Positions 25,057 to 34,554 of a stretch of DNA of 39,565 bases are shown piece after piece. The DNA comes from Escherichia phage vB_EcoP_ZX5. Each line of letters starts with the position of its first letter. The stretch's first letter is position 1. The stretch lies in the sequence record MW722083.1; one strand, given 5' to 3'. The notes beneath the pieces were generated by a model. That model made no database searches and was not told the origin of the DNA. It worked only from the letters and a program-made list of their open reading frames with translations. A program made the translations under genes and the position numbers.

Positions 25057-25752
25057 ATGAATTTATTTGAGCGTTTGCTGTATCGCCGTCTTTGCAATGA
25101 GCAACCAGTCGATGGTGGAGCAGCTCCGGCTGCGTCAGAACCGTCAGCGCCTGCAGGTGATAACCCTGCTCCAGTTGGTGATCCATCACAACAGGAAGGT
25201 GATAAGCCACAACCTGTTGCTGATGGCGATAAACCTGCTGATGACAAAAAGCCTGAAAACGATAAGCATGATGAAAAAAAGGACGGCGATAAACCAGAGG
25301 GTGCGCCTGAAAAGTACGAGTTTCAGGCTGCCGAAGGCGTAGAGCTGGATACAGAAGCGTTGAAGGAATTCGAGCCGGTGGCGCGAGAACTAAACCTGAC
25401 CAACGAGCAAGCGCAAAAGCTGGTTGATGCTTATCCGAAGATTCTGGCAGGTGTTCAGCAGCGCCAGGCAGAAGCCTGGCAGAAAACAACCGAGCAGTGG
25501 GCTGCGGATGTAAAAGCCGACAAAGAAATCGGTGGCGACAAGTTGATTTCTAACCTTAGCGCCGCACAGCGTGCGCTTGACCAGTTCGGGACACCTGAAC
25601 TCAAAGAATATCTGAACACCACCGGGCTGGGTAATCACCCTGATCTGGTCAAAACGTTCGTGAAAATCGGAAAGGCGATGTCTGAAGATGGCATGGTCAC
25701 CGGTGGTAATGAAGGCCAGCGTAGTGCGGCCGAAGTGCTCTATGGCAAATAA
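25057..25752 (+). CDS. scaffolding protein
   Basis: acidic Pro/Ala/Asp/Lys-rich N-terminus, helical C-terminus; AGGAG SD before ATG 25057; between portal and capsid. Confidence 0.65.
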   Translation: MNLFERLLYRRLCNEQPVDGGAAPAASEPSAPAGDNPAPVGDPSQQEGDKPQPVADGDKPADDKKPENDKHDEKKDGDKPEGAPEKYEFQAAEGVELDTEALKEFEPVARELNLTNEQAQKLVDAYPKILAGVQQRQAEAWQKTTEQWAADVKADKEIGGDKLISNLSAAQRALDQFGTPELKEYLNTTGLGNHPDLVKTFVKIGKAMSEDGMVTGGNEGQRSAAEVLYGK

Positions 25753-25766
25753 GAGAGGAAATGACA

Positions 25767-26753
25767 ATGGCTGTTAAAGGCTTAACTGCGCTAACGCTGG
25801 CTGACTGGGGTAAGCGCGTCGATCCAAACGGGAAAGTCGATAAGATTATCGAGCTTCTCGGTCAAACTAACCCGATCCTTCAGGATATGCCTTTTGTCGA
25901 AGGGAACCTTCCTACCGGACACCGAACCACCATTCGTTCTGGTTTACCTTCAGCTACCTGGCGTTTGCTGAACTATGGCGTACAGCCAAGCAAATCAACC
26001 ACAGTGCAGGTAACCGATTACGTTGGCATGCTGGAAACCTATGCGGAAGTCGATAAGTCACTGGCTGATCTGAACGGCAATACCGCCGAATTCCGCCTTT
26101 CTGAAGACCGCGCATTTATTGAAGCGATGAATCAGCAGATGGCGCAGACGCTGTTTTATGGTGATTCCAGCGTTAACCCTCAGCAGTTTATGGGACTGTC
26201 CTCCCGCTATTCCAGCCTGTCTGCGGGTAATGCTCAGAACATCATTGATGCTGGTGGCACGGGTACAGATAACACCTCAATCTGGTTAGTGGTGTGGGGC
26301 GAAAACACCGTGCATGGCATCTTCCCGAAAGGGCAGAAGGCTGGCATCCAGATGGAAGATAAAGGCCAGGTGACACTGGAAGATGCTAATGGTGGCAAGT
26401 ACGAAGGCTATCGCACCCATTATAAATGGGATAACGGACTTGCTCTGCGTGACTGGCGTTATGTTGTTCGCATTGCAAACATCGATGTCAGCAATCTTTC
26501 AGAACCTTCCTCTGCCGCAAATATTGCGAAGTTGATGGTTAAAGCACTGCATCGCATTCCAAACCGTGGCATGGGCCGCCCGGTGTTCTACATGAACCGC
26601 ACTGTAGGCCAGGCTCTTGATCTGCAATCTCTGGAGAAAACATCTCTGGCTATCAGCGTAAAAGAGACAGAAGGCGAGTGGTGGACTTCATTCCGTGGTG
26701 TACCAATCCGTGAAACTGATGCGCTTCTGGAAACAGAAGCCCGCGTGGTCTAA
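25767..26753 (+). CDS. major capsid protein
   Basis: about 328 aa after the scaffold gene; AGAGAGG SD; size and position typical. Confidence 0.8.
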   Translation: MAVKGLTALTLADWGKRVDPNGKVDKIIELLGQTNPILQDMPFVEGNLPTGHRTTIRSGLPSATWRLLNYGVQPSKSTTVQVTDYVGMLETYAEVDKSLADLNGNTAEFRLSEDRAFIEAMNQQMAQTLFYGDSSVNPQQFMGLSSRYSSLSAGNAQNIIDAGGTGTDNTSIWLVVWGENTVHGIFPKGQKAGIQMEDKGQVTLEDANGGKYEGYRTHYKWDNGLALRDWRYVVRIANIDVSNLSEPSSAANIAKLMVKALHRIPNRGMGRPVFYMNRTVGQALDLQSLEKTSLAISVKETEGEWWTSFRGVPIRETDALLETEARVV

Positions 26754-26804
26754 CGCCTGTTATTAACCTGTGGGTCGTAACAGACCCACTAATGGAGAAA
26801 GAAG

Positions 26805-27242
26805 ATGATCACCGACAAACTGTTGATGTTCTCAGAAGCTCAGGCGGTTACGAATACCGCGGCTTCTACTGACGTAATCGATCTCGGTCCAATTGACGGA
26901 AAACGTCGTGATATCGGCGTGGGTTACCCGCTTGAGTTTTGGGCGCTGGTTAACACAGCCGCCGCAGCAAGCGGTGATGCAACTGTAAACATCCAGTTGC
27001 AGACGAGTGAGGATAACAGCTCATGGACCACTATTTATGATAGTGGTGCACTGGCAAAGACCGCCCTGACAGCAGGTAAACGAGTTGTTTCTGCAAAGGT
27101 GCCTGCCGGTGTTCAGCGATATCTGCGTGTTAACTACTCCGTCGCAACTGGCCCACTAACGGCTGGCGAATTCACTGCGGGTATCAGTCTTGATGTTGAT
27201 GCCAATACGCCGTATCCGATCCGCTCAAAAGTAACTGGTTAA
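26805..27242 (+). CDS. capsid decoration / accessory head protein
   Basis: 145-aa ORF after capsid with GGAGAAAG SD. Confidence 0.45.
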   Translation: MITDKLLMFSEAQAVTNTAASTDVIDLGPIDGKRRDIGVGYPLEFWALVNTAAAASGDATVNIQLQTSEDNSSWTTIYDSGALAKTALTAGKRVVSAKVPAGVQRYLRVNYSVATGPLTAGEFTAGISLDVDANTPYPIRSKVTG

Positions 27243-27252
27243 GGTGATATCG

Positions 27253-27582
27253 ATGTCAGGTGAGAAACCAAGATACCGCGTTCTGCGCCTCTCTCATATC
27301 CATAACACTCTGTGGCCGGAGGGGGCAGAAATCGAATACGAAGGTGAGCCTGGTAGCGCACTGGAACCTGTTAACGATGCAGCCAGACAGGCAAAAGTTG
27401 CAGGAAAGGTGTCAATGGCAGCAACCAGCACCAAAATCATCAACGATGTGTCAGATGATGGTGAACTGGATAAGCTCCGTGAAGAGTACGAATTGCTCTT
27501 TAACGAGAAGCCACACCATAACGCCAAAGCAGAAACGCTCCGCGAGAAGATCGCAGATAAGCGTAAAGAACTGGGCGTGTAA
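27253..27582 (+). CDS. small hypothetical structural-module protein
   Basis: ATG 27253 with AAGGTGA SD. Confidence 0.45.
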   Translation: MSGEKPRYRVLRLSHIHNTLWPEGAEIEYEGEPGSALEPVNDAARQAKVAGKVSMAATSTKIINDVSDDGELDKLREEYELLFNEKPHHNAKAETLREKIADKRKELGV

Positions 27583-27598
27583 GCCTCGCGAATCAGAC

Positions 27599-27620
27599 AA
27601 GGGGCTTCGGCCCCTTTATT
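27599..27620 (+). terminator. terminator/attenuator-like hairpin after the head gene block
   Basis: 7-bp stem AAGGGGC/GCCCCTT with loop TTCG followed by TTATT. Confidence 0.4.
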
Positions 27621-27632
27621 GCAGGAGTGTAT

Positions 27633-27956
27633 ATGGAACTCGTAAACCTCAAAACCGGCACTGACAGCTACCAGGATGAGAGCGGAGAAACCAGAACTCG
27701 CGATGAATACCCGTGGGGGCTGTGCATCACTCTTAATAACGACACATTGAATAAGCTGAAGGCGCAACCTCAGGGCGTCGGAACAGAAGTGATGATAACT
27801 GCAAAAGCTGTTATTCGAGGCCTGTCTGCCAGAGAAACTGACGATGGTGTTAATCGCAGCGCCGATCTGCAGATCACTGATATGGCGATCGCTCCTGTTT
27901 CCGGGGATGTAGAAAAATCAGCGGCTGAAACCCTGTACGGCAATGGGGGTGAGTAA
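27633..27956 (+). CDS. hypothetical structural protein
   Basis: 107 aa; AGGAG SD; TAATG overlap with the next gene. Confidence 0.45.
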   Translation: MELVNLKTGTDSYQDESGETRTRDEYPWGLCITLNNDTLNKLKAQPQGVGTEVMITAKAVIRGLSARETDDGVNRSADLQITDMAIAPVSGDVEKSAAETLYGNGGE

Positions 27957-28561
27957 TGGCCTCTGTAGTAGAGATCTGCAATCGTGCGCTGTCCAATATT
28001 GGCAACAGCCGCAGTATTAACAGCCTGACGGAAGCCAGCAAGGAAGCGGGGGAATGTTCGCTGCACTTTGAGGCCTGCCGTGATGCTGTGCTTTCTGATT
28101 TTGACTGGAACTTTGCTACCAAACGCGTGGCGCTTGCAGATACGAGCAATCCACCGCCTGACTGGGAATATGCGTATCAGTACCCGTCCGATTGTCTGCG
28201 CATTACTGAAATTATGCTTCCTGGTGTACGCAATCCAACAGCAGCAATGCGCGTTCAGTACGAAGTTGGTGCAGACACCAACGGAACAGGAAAGTTGATC
28301 TACACAGACCAGCCGCAGGCATGGCTCAAGTATGTCTCTCGCGTTTCAGATGTGAACATGTTTGATGCCATTTTTATGGAGGCGTTGGCCTGGCGTCTTG
28401 CGGCAGCTATTAACATGGCGCTGACTGGGAATGCAGACCTCGGTACGTTTGCCCTCAATATGTACAATCGCGTGATTCTTAGTGCTGGCTCGCATAGCCA
28501 GAATGAATCACAGGAACCACTGCCACCGGTTGACGAGTTTACCATTGCGAGGTTGTCCTGA
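27956..28561 (+). CDS. tail tubular protein A (T7 gp11-like)
   Basis: 201 aa; N-terminal pattern parallels T7 gp11 as recalled; precedes the gp12-like gene. Confidence 0.65.
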   Translation: MASVVEICNRALSNIGNSRSINSLTEASKEAGECSLHFEACRDAVLSDFDWNFATKRVALADTSNPPPDWEYAYQYPSDCLRITEIMLPGVRNPTAAMRVQYEVGADTNGTGKLIYTDQPQAWLKYVSRVSDVNMFDAIFMEALAWRLAAAINMALTGNADLGTFALNMYNRVILSAGSHSQNESQEPLPPVDEFTIARLS

Positions 28562-31032
28562 TGGCTATCAGTTGGATCCAGCCCAGCTTTGCAGGTGGTG
28601 AGATTGGACCGTCGTTGTACGGTCGTATTGACATGGCGAAGTACCAGGTGGCATTGCGCAAGTGCGATAACTTTATCGTGCGGCAGTATGGCGGAGTTGA
28701 GAATCGACCTGGTACGCGTTTTGTCGGTGCCGCCAAATACCCAAATCGGAAATGCCGCCTGATCCCGTTCCAGTTCTCGACGGTTCAGACTTATGCTCTG
28801 GAGTTCGGACACCAGTACATGCGCGTTATCAAAGATGGTGCGTTGGTGCTGAACAGCAGCAATGTTATTTATGAAATTTCCACGCCATATACTGAAACCG
28901 ATCTGTTCCGAATTAAATTCACGCAAAGCGCAGACGTGCTTACGCTGGTTCATCCGGCATACCCGCCGAAAGAGTTGCGCCGCTATGCGCATGACAACTG
29001 GCAACTGGTTGATGTGGTAACGAAGAACGGGCCATTTGAAGATATCAATATTGACGAGTCAGTGACGGTTTATGCCAGCGCCAGCACCGGGACAATTACG
29101 CTAACGGCAAGCGCCTCTATTTTTGGCGCGGAGCAGGTAGGCAAATTGTTCTATCTGGAACAGCCTGCAGTGGATTCTGTGCCGGTATGGGAAACCAGTA
29201 AGAGTACGTCGATTGGCGATATTCGCCGAGCAGACAGTAACTACTATCGCGCCGTTAAAGCAGGCAAAACAGGTACTTTGCGCCCTTCGCATACAGAAGG
29301 CACATCATGGGATGGCTGGGGCGGATCCGGTGATGATGATACTGGCATTGAGTGGGAATATCTGCACAGTGGTTTTGGCATTGCCCGTATCACTGCTGCA
29401 AATGGAACTACTGCAACTGCCGAGGTGATTTCCTATATCCCTTCGCAGGTAGTTGGCGAGGATAATGCCAGCTATAAATGGGCTAAATATGCCTGGAACA
29501 GTGTTAATGGTTATCCTGGCACTGTTGTTTATTATCAACAACGTCTTTACTTCGCCGCATCGACTGCGTTTCCTCAGACTATCTGGGCCAGCCGTACCGG
29601 GGATTATAAGGATTTTGGCAAAAGCAATCCTACGCAGGATGACGACAGAATTATCTACACCTATGCCGGGCGTCAGGTTAATGAGATCCGCCACCTGATT
29701 GATGTTGGTTCGCTGGTGGCGCTGACTTCCGGAGGTGAGTACGTCATCACTGGCGACCAGAACAAAGTGCTTACCCCATCATCATTTGCATTCAGCTCTC
29801 AGGGATCAAATGGCTCGAGCAATGTCCCACCAATTGCCGTGGCGAATATTGCTCTGTTCGTCCAGGAGAAAGGCAGTGTTGTCCGTGATCTGGCCTACTC
29901 ATTCGATGTTGACGGCTATCAGGGGAACGACCTGACCATCCTTGCCAATCATCTTTTTCAGAAGCACAGTATTGTTGACTGGTGCTTCTCTATTGTCCCT
30001 TACTCCAGCGCCTTCTGCATTCGTGATGACGGTAAATTACTGGTGATGACCTATTTGCGTGATCAGCAGGTTTTTGCATGGGCACCACAGTCCAGTACCG
30101 GAAAATATGAAAGCACATGCAGTATCAGCGAAGGAAATGAAGATGCGGTGTATTTCGTCGTTAACCGAACCGTTAACGGGCAAACAGTGAGATACATCGA
30201 GCGACTGTCCAGCCGTTTATTTACCAGCGATGAAGATGCTTTCTTTGTTGATTCTGGCCTTAGCTATGATGGAAGAAATACGTCTGACAGAACGATGACC
30301 ATCACTGGTGGTTCTGGTGAATGGGATTACCGCGCGGAATATACAATCAGTGTTTCTGGTGGTGCGTACTTCACCAGTAGTGATGTCGGCGCGCAACTAC
30401 AGTTCCCTTATACCGGAACTGATCCTGATACTGGTGATGAGGTGTCAAAAGAATTACGTTGCGACATTATTTCTGTAACCAGCAATACCGCTGTAGTGGT
30501 TCGTGCTAACAGGAACGTCCCGCCATCCCTCAGGAATGTGGCCACCACGAACTGGCAGATGGCGCGCCGGACATTTGGAGGCCTGTCTCATCTTGAAGGC
30601 CAGACCGTAAACATTCTCTCTGATGCGAACGTGGAACCACAGAAAGTGGTTTCCGGAGGTGCCGTCACGCTGGAATCTCCGGGGGCTGTAGTTCACATCG
30701 GCCTGCCAATAACTGCTGAATTCGAAACACTGGATATCAACATTAACGGACAGGAAACGCTGCTGGACAAAAAACAGGTGATCCCGTCCGTTACTCTGGT
30801 TGTGAATGCCAGCCGCGGCATCTGGGCGACTACGCCCGGCGGTAAATGGTACGAATATCCACAGCGTGAATTCGAGTTCTACGATGATCCTGTTGATGAT
30901 GCTACCGGAAAAGTAGAAGTGAAACTGGACAGTAACTGGGGCAAAAACGGACGTGTAAAAATCCGTCAGCTTGACCCGTTGCCGCTGTCTGTTCTTGCCG
31001 TTATTCCTCGCCTTACTGTTGGGGGATTCTGA
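28561..31032 (+). CDS. tail tubular protein B (T7 gp12-like)
   Basis: 823 aa; size, position and N-terminal pattern resemble T7 gp12 as recalled. Confidence 0.7.
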   Translation: MAISWIQPSFAGGEIGPSLYGRIDMAKYQVALRKCDNFIVRQYGGVENRPGTRFVGAAKYPNRKCRLIPFQFSTVQTYALEFGHQYMRVIKDGALVLNSSNVIYEISTPYTETDLFRIKFTQSADVLTLVHPAYPPKELRRYAHDNWQLVDVVTKNGPFEDINIDESVTVYASASTGTITLTASASIFGAEQVGKLFYLEQPAVDSVPVWETSKSTSIGDIRRADSNYYRAVKAGKTGTLRPSHTEGTSWDGWGGSGDDDTGIEWEYLHSGFGIARITAANGTTATAEVISYIPSQVVGEDNASYKWAKYAWNSVNGYPGTVVYYQQRLYFAASTAFPQTIWASRTGDYKDFGKSNPTQDDDRIIYTYAGRQVNEIRHLIDVGSLVALTSGGEYVITGDQNKVLTPSSFAFSSQGSNGSSNVPPIAVANIALFVQEKGSVVRDLAYSFDVDGYQGNDLTILANHLFQKHSIVDWCFSIVPYSSAFCIRDDGKLLVMTYLRDQQVFAWAPQSSTGKYESTCSISEGNEDAVYFVVNRTVNGQTVRYIERLSSRLFTSDEDAFFVDSGLSYDGRNTSDRTMTITGGSGEWDYRAEYTISVSGGAYFTSSDVGAQLQFPYTGTDPDTGDEVSKELRCDIISVTSNTAVVVRANRNVPPSLRNVATTNWQMARRTFGGLSHLEGQTVNILSDANVEPQKVVSGGAVTLESPGAVVHIGLPITAEFETLDININGQETLLDKKQVIPSVTLVVNASRGIWATTPGGKWYEYPQREFEFYDDPVDDATGKVEVKLDSNWGKNGRVKIRQLDPLPLSVLAVIPRLTVGGF

Positions 31033-31496
31033 TGATCGATGTTCGAATTATTCCCGCTACCGAAGAGCATCTTCAGATGATTTTGCCGGATGTTCGTCAG
31101 GCTGATATTGACGAACTGTATGCGGTATCGCTGATGACTACCGAAGATGCGCTGCGTGTTGGTCTGCGCACTGCGACTATGGCCTGGTCAGGGTTCGCGA
31201 ACGGAGAGCTGGTAACCATGTTTGGTGTATCTCCGGCGTCAATGATCGGTGGCAATGGTACGCCATGGCTGGTCGGGACCAGCCGTATTGAAAAATATCA
31301 GAAGACATTTCTGCGCCACTGCCGCCCTGTATTGCAGCAGATGCTGGCAGTTTATCCGCGCCTGGAAAACTATGTCGACGAGCGAAACCATGTTGCCAAA
31401 GCATGGCTGCACTGGCTTGGATTCAGGCTTGAAGAAGCCGCGCCTTATGGTGCTCTTGGTCTTAATTTCCACAGATTTCACATGGAGAGAAAATAA
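31032..31496 (+). CDS. hypothetical virion protein (internal virion protein A position)
   Basis: 154-aa ORF coupled by ATGA to the upstream gene. Confidence 0.45.
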   Translation: MIDVRIIPATEEHLQMILPDVRQADIDELYAVSLMTTEDALRVGLRTATMAWSGFANGELVTMFGVSPASMIGGNGTPWLVGTSRIEKYQKTFLRHCRPVLQQMLAVYPRLENYVDERNHVAKAWLHWLGFRLEEAAPYGALGLNFHRFHMERK

Positions 31497-32041
31497 TGTG
31501 CGATCCGGTTATTGCTGGTGGCGCAATGCTCGCCATGAGTGGCATTCAGGCATACACCCAGTACCAACAGGGAAAGTATGCCTCGAAGGTTGCAGAAGCG
31601 AACGCAGATATAGCCACAGCTCAGGCAAATGATGCAATAAACAGAGGTAACGCTGAAGCTGAGCAACGGCGCAGAGAGACCCGACAGCGGCTTGGTACAC
31701 AGGCGGCGACAATGGGGGCTACCGGCGCTGATTTATCTACAGGTAACGCGCTGGATATATTTGGCGACACTGCCCAGTTTGGCGCTCTTGATTCTCTGAC
31801 GACGGTGAATAACGCGCAACGCGAGGCTTACGGTTATCAGGTTCAGGCTGCCAACTATAAAGCAGAAGCCAGTTCAGCCCGTAAACAGGGGAATGTGGGA
31901 GCAGCAACAACATTGCTCACTGCGCCTCTGAAGGCATACGGTGCGTACCAGATGTTTGGTGGGACGTGGAGTCCGTTTACTCAAAGCACCCCTGCGCCAA
32001 TCGGGGCAGCAGCAGGAACCAGATTACCCGGAGGATTATAA
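31496..32041 (+). CDS. internal virion protein B-like (T7 gp14-like)
   Basis: 181 aa; begins MC, Ala/Gln-rich, similar size to T7 gp14. Confidence 0.55.
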   Translation: MCDPVIAGGAMLAMSGIQAYTQYQQGKYASKVAEANADIATAQANDAINRGNAEAEQRRRETRQRLGTQAATMGATGADLSTGNALDIFGDTAQFGALDSLTTVNNAQREAYGYQVQAANYKAEASSARKQGNVGAATTLLTAPLKAYGAYQMFGGTWSPFTQSTPAPIGAAAGTRLPGGL

Positions 32042-34554
32042 TGCCAGTCGTACCAACAGTATCCGGCCGTCAGGTTCAGAGCCGTGGAGTTCAGTCAGCA
32101 GGCTTGCAGACGTTTTCTCAGCCAGGTATTGGTGATGCTTTTGTTCGGGCAGGGACAGAGGCAATTGATGTTTTTGGTCAGGCAAAACAGCGTGCCAATA
32201 TCGCTCTGGCTCAGGAGGCATCTCTTAACCTCAGTCAGATAAGCAGTGATCTGCTGAATAATCCTGAAACAGGATTGCTTAACCTGAAAGGGAAAAATGC
32301 TATTGGAAAAGGTCAGGAGTATACGCAGCAGTTTGATGCTCAGGTCGAACAACTGGCTATGTCGCTGCCGGATGAACAGGCTCGTAATGCTTTCATGCAG
32401 CAGGCGCAGCAGCAGCGCATTCAGTTCACTACGCAGGCCGGGCGGCACGAGATAGGGCAAATAAATGCCTACGAAGAAGGCCAGTTTCAGGCTACGCTGC
32501 TGAACAATGGTAAAAATGCCGCAGCATTGTATGGCGACAACGCCGCATACGTATTGGCTAATAAGCAAACTTTCCAGCAAATTGAGGATTACGGCATTGC
32601 ACATGGCTGGAGTGACGAGCAAATCCAGGCCAAGAAAATCGAGTTTAAAGAGAAGGTTGCTGATGCTGCATTGTCCCAGTGGTCGGCAAACAATGCGACC
32701 GCATTCATCCAAAGTAATGGCGAGTTAAGTGATACTGCTGCTGGAGCTCGCCGTGCTGTAGCAGATAGTGACTCTTCCGAGCGTGCCCGTGGCATACGCA
32801 ACAATAACCCAGGAAATCTCGAATACAGCAAAACTAATCCGTGGGTAGGCCAGACCGGTGATGATGGTCGATTTGCTAAATTCGAAACACCTGAACACGG
32901 GATTCGTGCATTAGGGCGGAACCTGATGTCGTATCAGAGGCAGGGTATTGATACCGTCAGCGAGATAATTAATCGCTGGGCACCGCCTACTGATAAAAAT
33001 GACACTATGTCGTATATCAAAGCAGTGTGCGAACAACTTGGCGTTTCTGCTGATGAGCCTCTCGATGCATCTAATCCTGATACCCTGAAGGCGCTTTGTG
33101 CAGCCATTATCCATCATGAGAACGGTAGCCAGCCATACAGTGATCAGCAGTTAACTGCTGGTGTCAGTGCAGCACTTGGTTTATCAACAATTCCAACCAA
33201 CACCAAACGCTATACCGGTAATGCAGCATTCGATGCGGCATCTCCTGAGGCGCAGGCAAGTTTTATGCGACAGGCGGATCAACTGCGTCGGCAGCAGCAG
33301 GCTGAATATAAAACGATGATTGACAGCCAGGTTCGCGATGCGACAGCTGCGTATATGCGTGGCGTTGAATTTCCTAACCCACCTGGTGAGGCTGATTTTA
33401 TTGCAGCTTATGGAGTAAGAGAAGGAAACCTGCGATATACCGAGTTCAGAAATACGCAAATCGCCGGACAGTATATAGGCTCTTTCCGCAACATGCCGAC
33501 AAGCAGCATTACAGCATATGTTGAGCAATTACGCCCGGATACTGGTGAGACAGGGGAGGGTTATGCGGCACGAGCCGCTCTTTATGACAACGTTGTGTCG
33601 GCTGCAAGTCAGGTGATAAAGCAGCGACAGGCTGATCCTGTACAGTTCTCTCTTGCCGCCGGACAGGCAAAGCCTATCGACATGAGCAATAAGGATAACT
33701 TTGGACAGAGCGTTGCCTTGCGTGCTGCTCAGGTCAGTGACCTTGCTAAGTCATATGGCACTCCACTGACGTTCTTTTCCAAAGACGAGGCCAATCAGAT
33801 CGGTGTTTTCTTTCGTGATGCGCCCGTTTCCCAACAGGCAGCATATCTCGATACCATCAGGCAGAGCACTGGTGGTGGGCAGGTGTATATGTCAGCACTA
33901 CAGCAGATCAGTGCCAACGCTCCATCTGCTGCCGTTGCCGGGATACTGATGGATAAGCCAGGTGGTATTTTGGCAGAAAAAAACTGGTTTAATCCGGATG
34001 TTTCCGTGTCTCCAGAAACCGCTGCGCAGACAATTCTTGCTGGCGCGGCGGCTCGTAAAGGTACTGATGACGCGAAAGGTATTCCGATGCCTAAAGATGC
34101 TGATCTTCGCCTTGAGTTTTCTGACATGGTGAAGAATGCATTTGCTGGTGATGCTCAGGGGGCATCAATGGCATACGAGATCGCAAAGGACTATTACGCT
34201 GGTGTGATGGCGAAAAAAGGCGTGGTATCAGGCGAAATTGACAATGATATCTGGAAACAGGCTGTTAACGTAGCTACAGGTGGCGTGCATGACTATAACG
34301 GAATGGGGAATGTTCTTTTGCCGTGGGGAATGTCTGCAGAGCAATTCGATAAGCAGGTTAATCAGGCTTGGAATGAACAAGTTGTTGGCACAGGGATAAA
34401 AACACCGCCTGGTCAGTATGGTTTGCAAAGTTACGGCGATAGTCAGTACCTGGTGAAACTTGGTACTGGTTATCTGCTAAAAGATGATGGTTCTCCCGTT
34501 GTTCTTGATCTGACACAGAAGCGTCAGAGATTCTCCGGAGATATTCCGCAATGA
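32041..34554 (+). CDS. internal virion / ejection protein with a possible enzymatic domain
   Basis: 837 aa from ATG 32041 (TAATG overlap); RGIRNNNPGNLEY motif near nt 32790. Confidence 0.6.
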   Translation: MPVVPTVSGRQVQSRGVQSAGLQTFSQPGIGDAFVRAGTEAIDVFGQAKQRANIALAQEASLNLSQISSDLLNNPETGLLNLKGKNAIGKGQEYTQQFDAQVEQLAMSLPDEQARNAFMQQAQQQRIQFTTQAGRHEIGQINAYEEGQFQATLLNNGKNAAALYGDNAAYVLANKQTFQQIEDYGIAHGWSDEQIQAKKIEFKEKVADAALSQWSANNATAFIQSNGELSDTAAGARRAVADSDSSERARGIRNNNPGNLEYSKTNPWVGQTGDDGRFAKFETPEHGIRALGRNLMSYQRQGIDTVSEIINRWAPPTDKNDTMSYIKAVCEQLGVSADEPLDASNPDTLKALCAAIIHHENGSQPYSDQQLTAGVSAALGLSTIPTNTKRYTGNAAFDAASPEAQASFMRQADQLRRQQQAEYKTMIDSQVRDATAAYMRGVEFPNPPGEADFIAAYGVREGNLRYTEFRNTQIAGQYIGSFRNMPTSSITAYVEQLRPDTGETGEGYAARAALYDNVVSAASQVIKQRQADPVQFSLAAGQAKPIDMSNKDNFGQSVALRAAQVSDLAKSYGTPLTFFSKDEANQIGVFFRDAPVSQQAAYLDTIRQSTGGGQVYMSALQQISANAPSAAVAGILMDKPGGILAEKNWFNPDVSVSPETAAQTILAGAAARKGTDDAKGIPMPKDADLRLEFSDMVKNAFAGDAQGASMAYEIAKDYYAGVMAKKGVVSGEIDNDIWKQAVNVATGGVHDYNGMGNVLLPWGMSAEQFDKQVNQAWNEQVVGTGIKTPPGQYGLQSYGDSQYLVKLGTGYLLKDDGSPVVLDLTQKRQRFSGDIPQ

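Noticed and set aside
28300-29004. 234-aa minus-strand ORF opposite the tail tubular protein B gene
   Set aside because: Antisense to a long, well-supported structural gene in a translationally coupled operon.
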